Shown piece by piece: positions 61,242 through 64,000 of a stretch of 64,000 nucleotides of DNA. Source of the stretch: Octopus bimaculoides. Its lineage: Eukaryota. The stretch is taken from assembly GCF_001194135.2 (NCBI RefSeq), contig NC_068998.1:32884088-32948087 (forward strand), given 5' to 3'. The notes under the pieces were generated by a model. The model was not told the origin of the DNA. It made no database searches and saw only the letters and a list, made by a program, of their open reading frames with translations. Made by a program: the position numbers and the translations under genes. Position 1 is the first letter of the stretch. Every line of letters starts with the position of its first letter.

Positions 61242-62028
61242 GGCCACCTCCAATGACACGCAAATAGTGAGCGGTGTTCCGCAAGGCACTGTTTTGGGAC
61301 CACTACTGTTCATAATGGCCCTCTCAGACATGCCCTCAGCCACACGGAGAGCTACGGTCACAAGTTATGCAGATGATACAAAAGTCTCACAGGTAATACA
61401 GAACCCTGAAGACACTATGCACCTGCAATGTGAGCTGGATGAAATATACAAGTGGACTGAAAAGAATAACATGCAGTTTAATGCTGAAAAGTTTCAAGCC
61501 TTGTGCTATCAGCATGCAAAACTAAATGCAGTACCCATTAAATACACTGGACCTGGAGGGACTGCAATCCCAAAGGCACAGTCAGTGCGAGACCTGGGCA
61601 TTTACATGAGTAATAATGCATCCTTTCATGTTCATGTTGCTAAATTGTCAATGAAATGCAGGCGACTGACCGGATTGATTTGTAGGACTTTTAGAACAAG
61701 AGATCAGGAAACCATGATGGTGCTCTGGAAGACACTTGTTCTAAGCCACTTTGACTATTGCTCTCAGCTATGGTTACCAACCAGTGTCAAATTAATCTCA
61801 GAACTTGAGGCAATCCAACGAAGCTACACGAAGAAGATAGCCTCTATGCAGCATATAAGCTATTGGGAAAGACTCAAGAGATTAAGACTCTATTCCTTAG
61901 AGCGTAGACGAGAAAGATATGCCATAATATACATCTGGAAGATCCTCGAAGGAATTGTCCCAAACTTTGGCATCGAAAGTTACACAAATAAAAGAACTGG
62001 ACGTCATTGCATAGTGCCAAGGACTCCA
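61240..62028 (+). mobile_element. CR1-like LINE RT, 5'-truncated, frame intact up to the gap
   Basis: SGVPQGTVLGPLLF, SYADDTK, VRDLGI, FDYCSQLW, LYSLERRRER; no stop in 254 codons (61267-62028). Confidence 0.93.
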
Positions 62029-63299
62029 NNNNNNNNNNNNNNNNNNNNNNNNNNNNNNNNNNNNNNNNNNNNNNNNNNNNNNNNNNNNNNNNNNNNNNNN
62101 NNNNNNNNNNNNNNNNNNNNNNNNNNNNNNNNNNNNNNNNNNNNNNNNNNNNNNNNNNNNNNNNNNNNNNNNNNNNNNNNNNNNNNNNNNNNNNNNNNNN
62201 NNNNNNNNNNNNNNNNNNNNNNNNNNNNNNNNNNNNNNNNNNNNNNNNNNNNNNNNNNNNNNNNNNNNNNNNNNNNNNNNNNNNNNNNNNNNNNNNNNNN
62301 NNNNNNNNNNNNNNNNNNNNNNNNNNNNNNNNNNNNNNNNNNNNNNNNNNNNNNNNNNNNNNNNNNNNNNNNNNNNNNNNNNNATAATAAATGTATATAT
62401 ATATATACATATTTATAAATGAATAGAAAATGGAGATATGCAATTGTCAATTCAAAAATTAAGATTTATTAACATAATATTATACTATATTCTTATAATA
62501 ATATAATATAATATAATAAATAATAAATACTAGATACAAATTATATACAGTTGTTTTGATTCTTGCTCATTATAAAATTATAAAATCCCTTGTTTGTGGG
62601 TAAGAATCCCTTCAGTGTAATATGAGGATTCACAGATCCAAGAAAAGACTGAATTTAAATATATTTATATTTTCAAGCAATAATTAAAAACAAAAACAAA
62701 GATAAAAAATAATATATGAAAAATATACTAGTATAACAGTCATAAAATATATTTGTATACTAATAAGTATTTTAATCTAAATATATCTTAGTGTATTAAT
62801 TTTTTTAAATACCAGGAACAGTATTTAAAAAATATTTTAAAAAAATATTTTTACAAAACCATGGCAAAATAAGAAATATCCTTTTAATTCTTTCATATTA
62901 TCAAAAAATACGTTATTATAATAGCAATATGCTATTTATCTATGGGTAAATAGCAAAATAATATATTTAAAATACATTATCATCTCTATAGCAAATAATA
63001 TTATAAATTGCATTGCATTAATTATATATAATAATCATTACTAAAAAACAAAGATTAATAATTAAAAATTAAATTATTTATATAAGAAACTTTCTAAAAA
63101 ATATTATCATAAACATTATCACATTAGAAATTAAATAAATGCTGTTTATCTAAAAAATATTTAATCATAAGGATTTCATAAGTGTCCTTTTGATAATTAC
63201 TCATTTCCATATAAAAAAATAATGCTAAAATTAGAATTAAAATTAGAATTAATTTTTTAGAGGGAAAACACAAAATACAAAATGGGACAAGAACACAAA

Positions 63300-63960
63300 A
63301 CATCCAGACAGTTAAGTGATACAAAAAAGAGACAACAAAACATCCAGATAGACGATACAAAGAAAACAAGGACAGGTCATTCAGAGTTTTCTTTCCTCAG
63401 TTGAGTTCCAGATTATCTTTGCAATTTCGGCTGGTTATACTTGAGATTGCTCCAATCTGGCCAGCCCCAAGGAAAACCTAAGCTAAGAACATTAGATTCC
63501 TTGGAAGAAAGCAGCGAATGTATACGGAAACAAGGACGGCAAAATGTTACACATAAACAAATAACAGGACATGACAACAGGTGTCTTTCGACTAAAGACT
63601 AATTAAATTAAGCTGGCGTGTGTGGAAATAAAGCCTTATGGCAGGGATACAAGATTTCACAGGCACAGGGAGGAACATAGATGTTGCATGGATGACGGCC
63701 AAACCAAGAAAGAAAGATCAAGCTTGGCTGAACACCGGTCACGTGGGGGAGAGAAGAGAGAGAGGTAGAGGCAGAGGGACAGAAGAATTAAGGAAGGGCG
63801 AGAAAAAATGACAGGGACACAGTGGAGTGAAAAGAGGAGGGAAAGTGAACAAGAAGAGAAGGCAGGGAAATGTGAGAAAGAACGAAGAGTGGAATGAACG
63901 AATAGAGTCGTACAAGATTTAGATAAATATATACTTACATATAAGAGACCAAAGTGTACG
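63300..63960. repeat. Probable interspersed-repeat terminus (possibly a PLE pLTR/UTR), more GC-rich than its flank
   Basis: Local direct repeat aaaacatccaga.a..gataca (63296 and 63333) and purine-skewed 63750-63900. The family call rests on recollection only. Confidence 0.3.
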
Positions 63961-64000
63961 TACATCGCTATATATATATATTATATATATATATATATAT

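Noticed and set aside
63395-63425. Minus-strand CTGAGGA..TGAA hammerhead-like motif
   Set aside because: There is no GAAA core and the stem is only 2 bp; too weak to call.

Overview
AT-rich eukaryotic genomic DNA with six assembly gaps, dense microsatellites and no identifiable intact host gene. The SINE and RTE families look like those of octopus (Cephalopoda); this is my recognition, not a database match. Most interpretable sequence is decayed mobile DNA: about 7 RTE-clade LINE copies or fragments, CR1-like and REL-type LINE fragments, one Ty3/Gypsy element lacking its integrase core, at least 5 Penelope-like element (PLE) remnants, two mariners (one full length, with TIRs, TA TSDs and DD34D), two hAT relics, two piggyBac-type MITEs, two fold-back elements and about 17 tRNA-derived SINEs of two families. 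The most interesting structure is at 55392-56156. There a PLE GIY-YIG ORF end is followed 30 bp after its stop by a tRNA-like Pol III A/B-box cassette, an (AAT)n tract and a minimal hammerhead-ribozyme motif, and an inverted partial copy of this repeat lies on the other side. A few + strand candidate exons (best 40328-40510) and an MFS-transporter-like segment (7856-7970) hint at a host gene or pseudogene, but these calls are low confidence.
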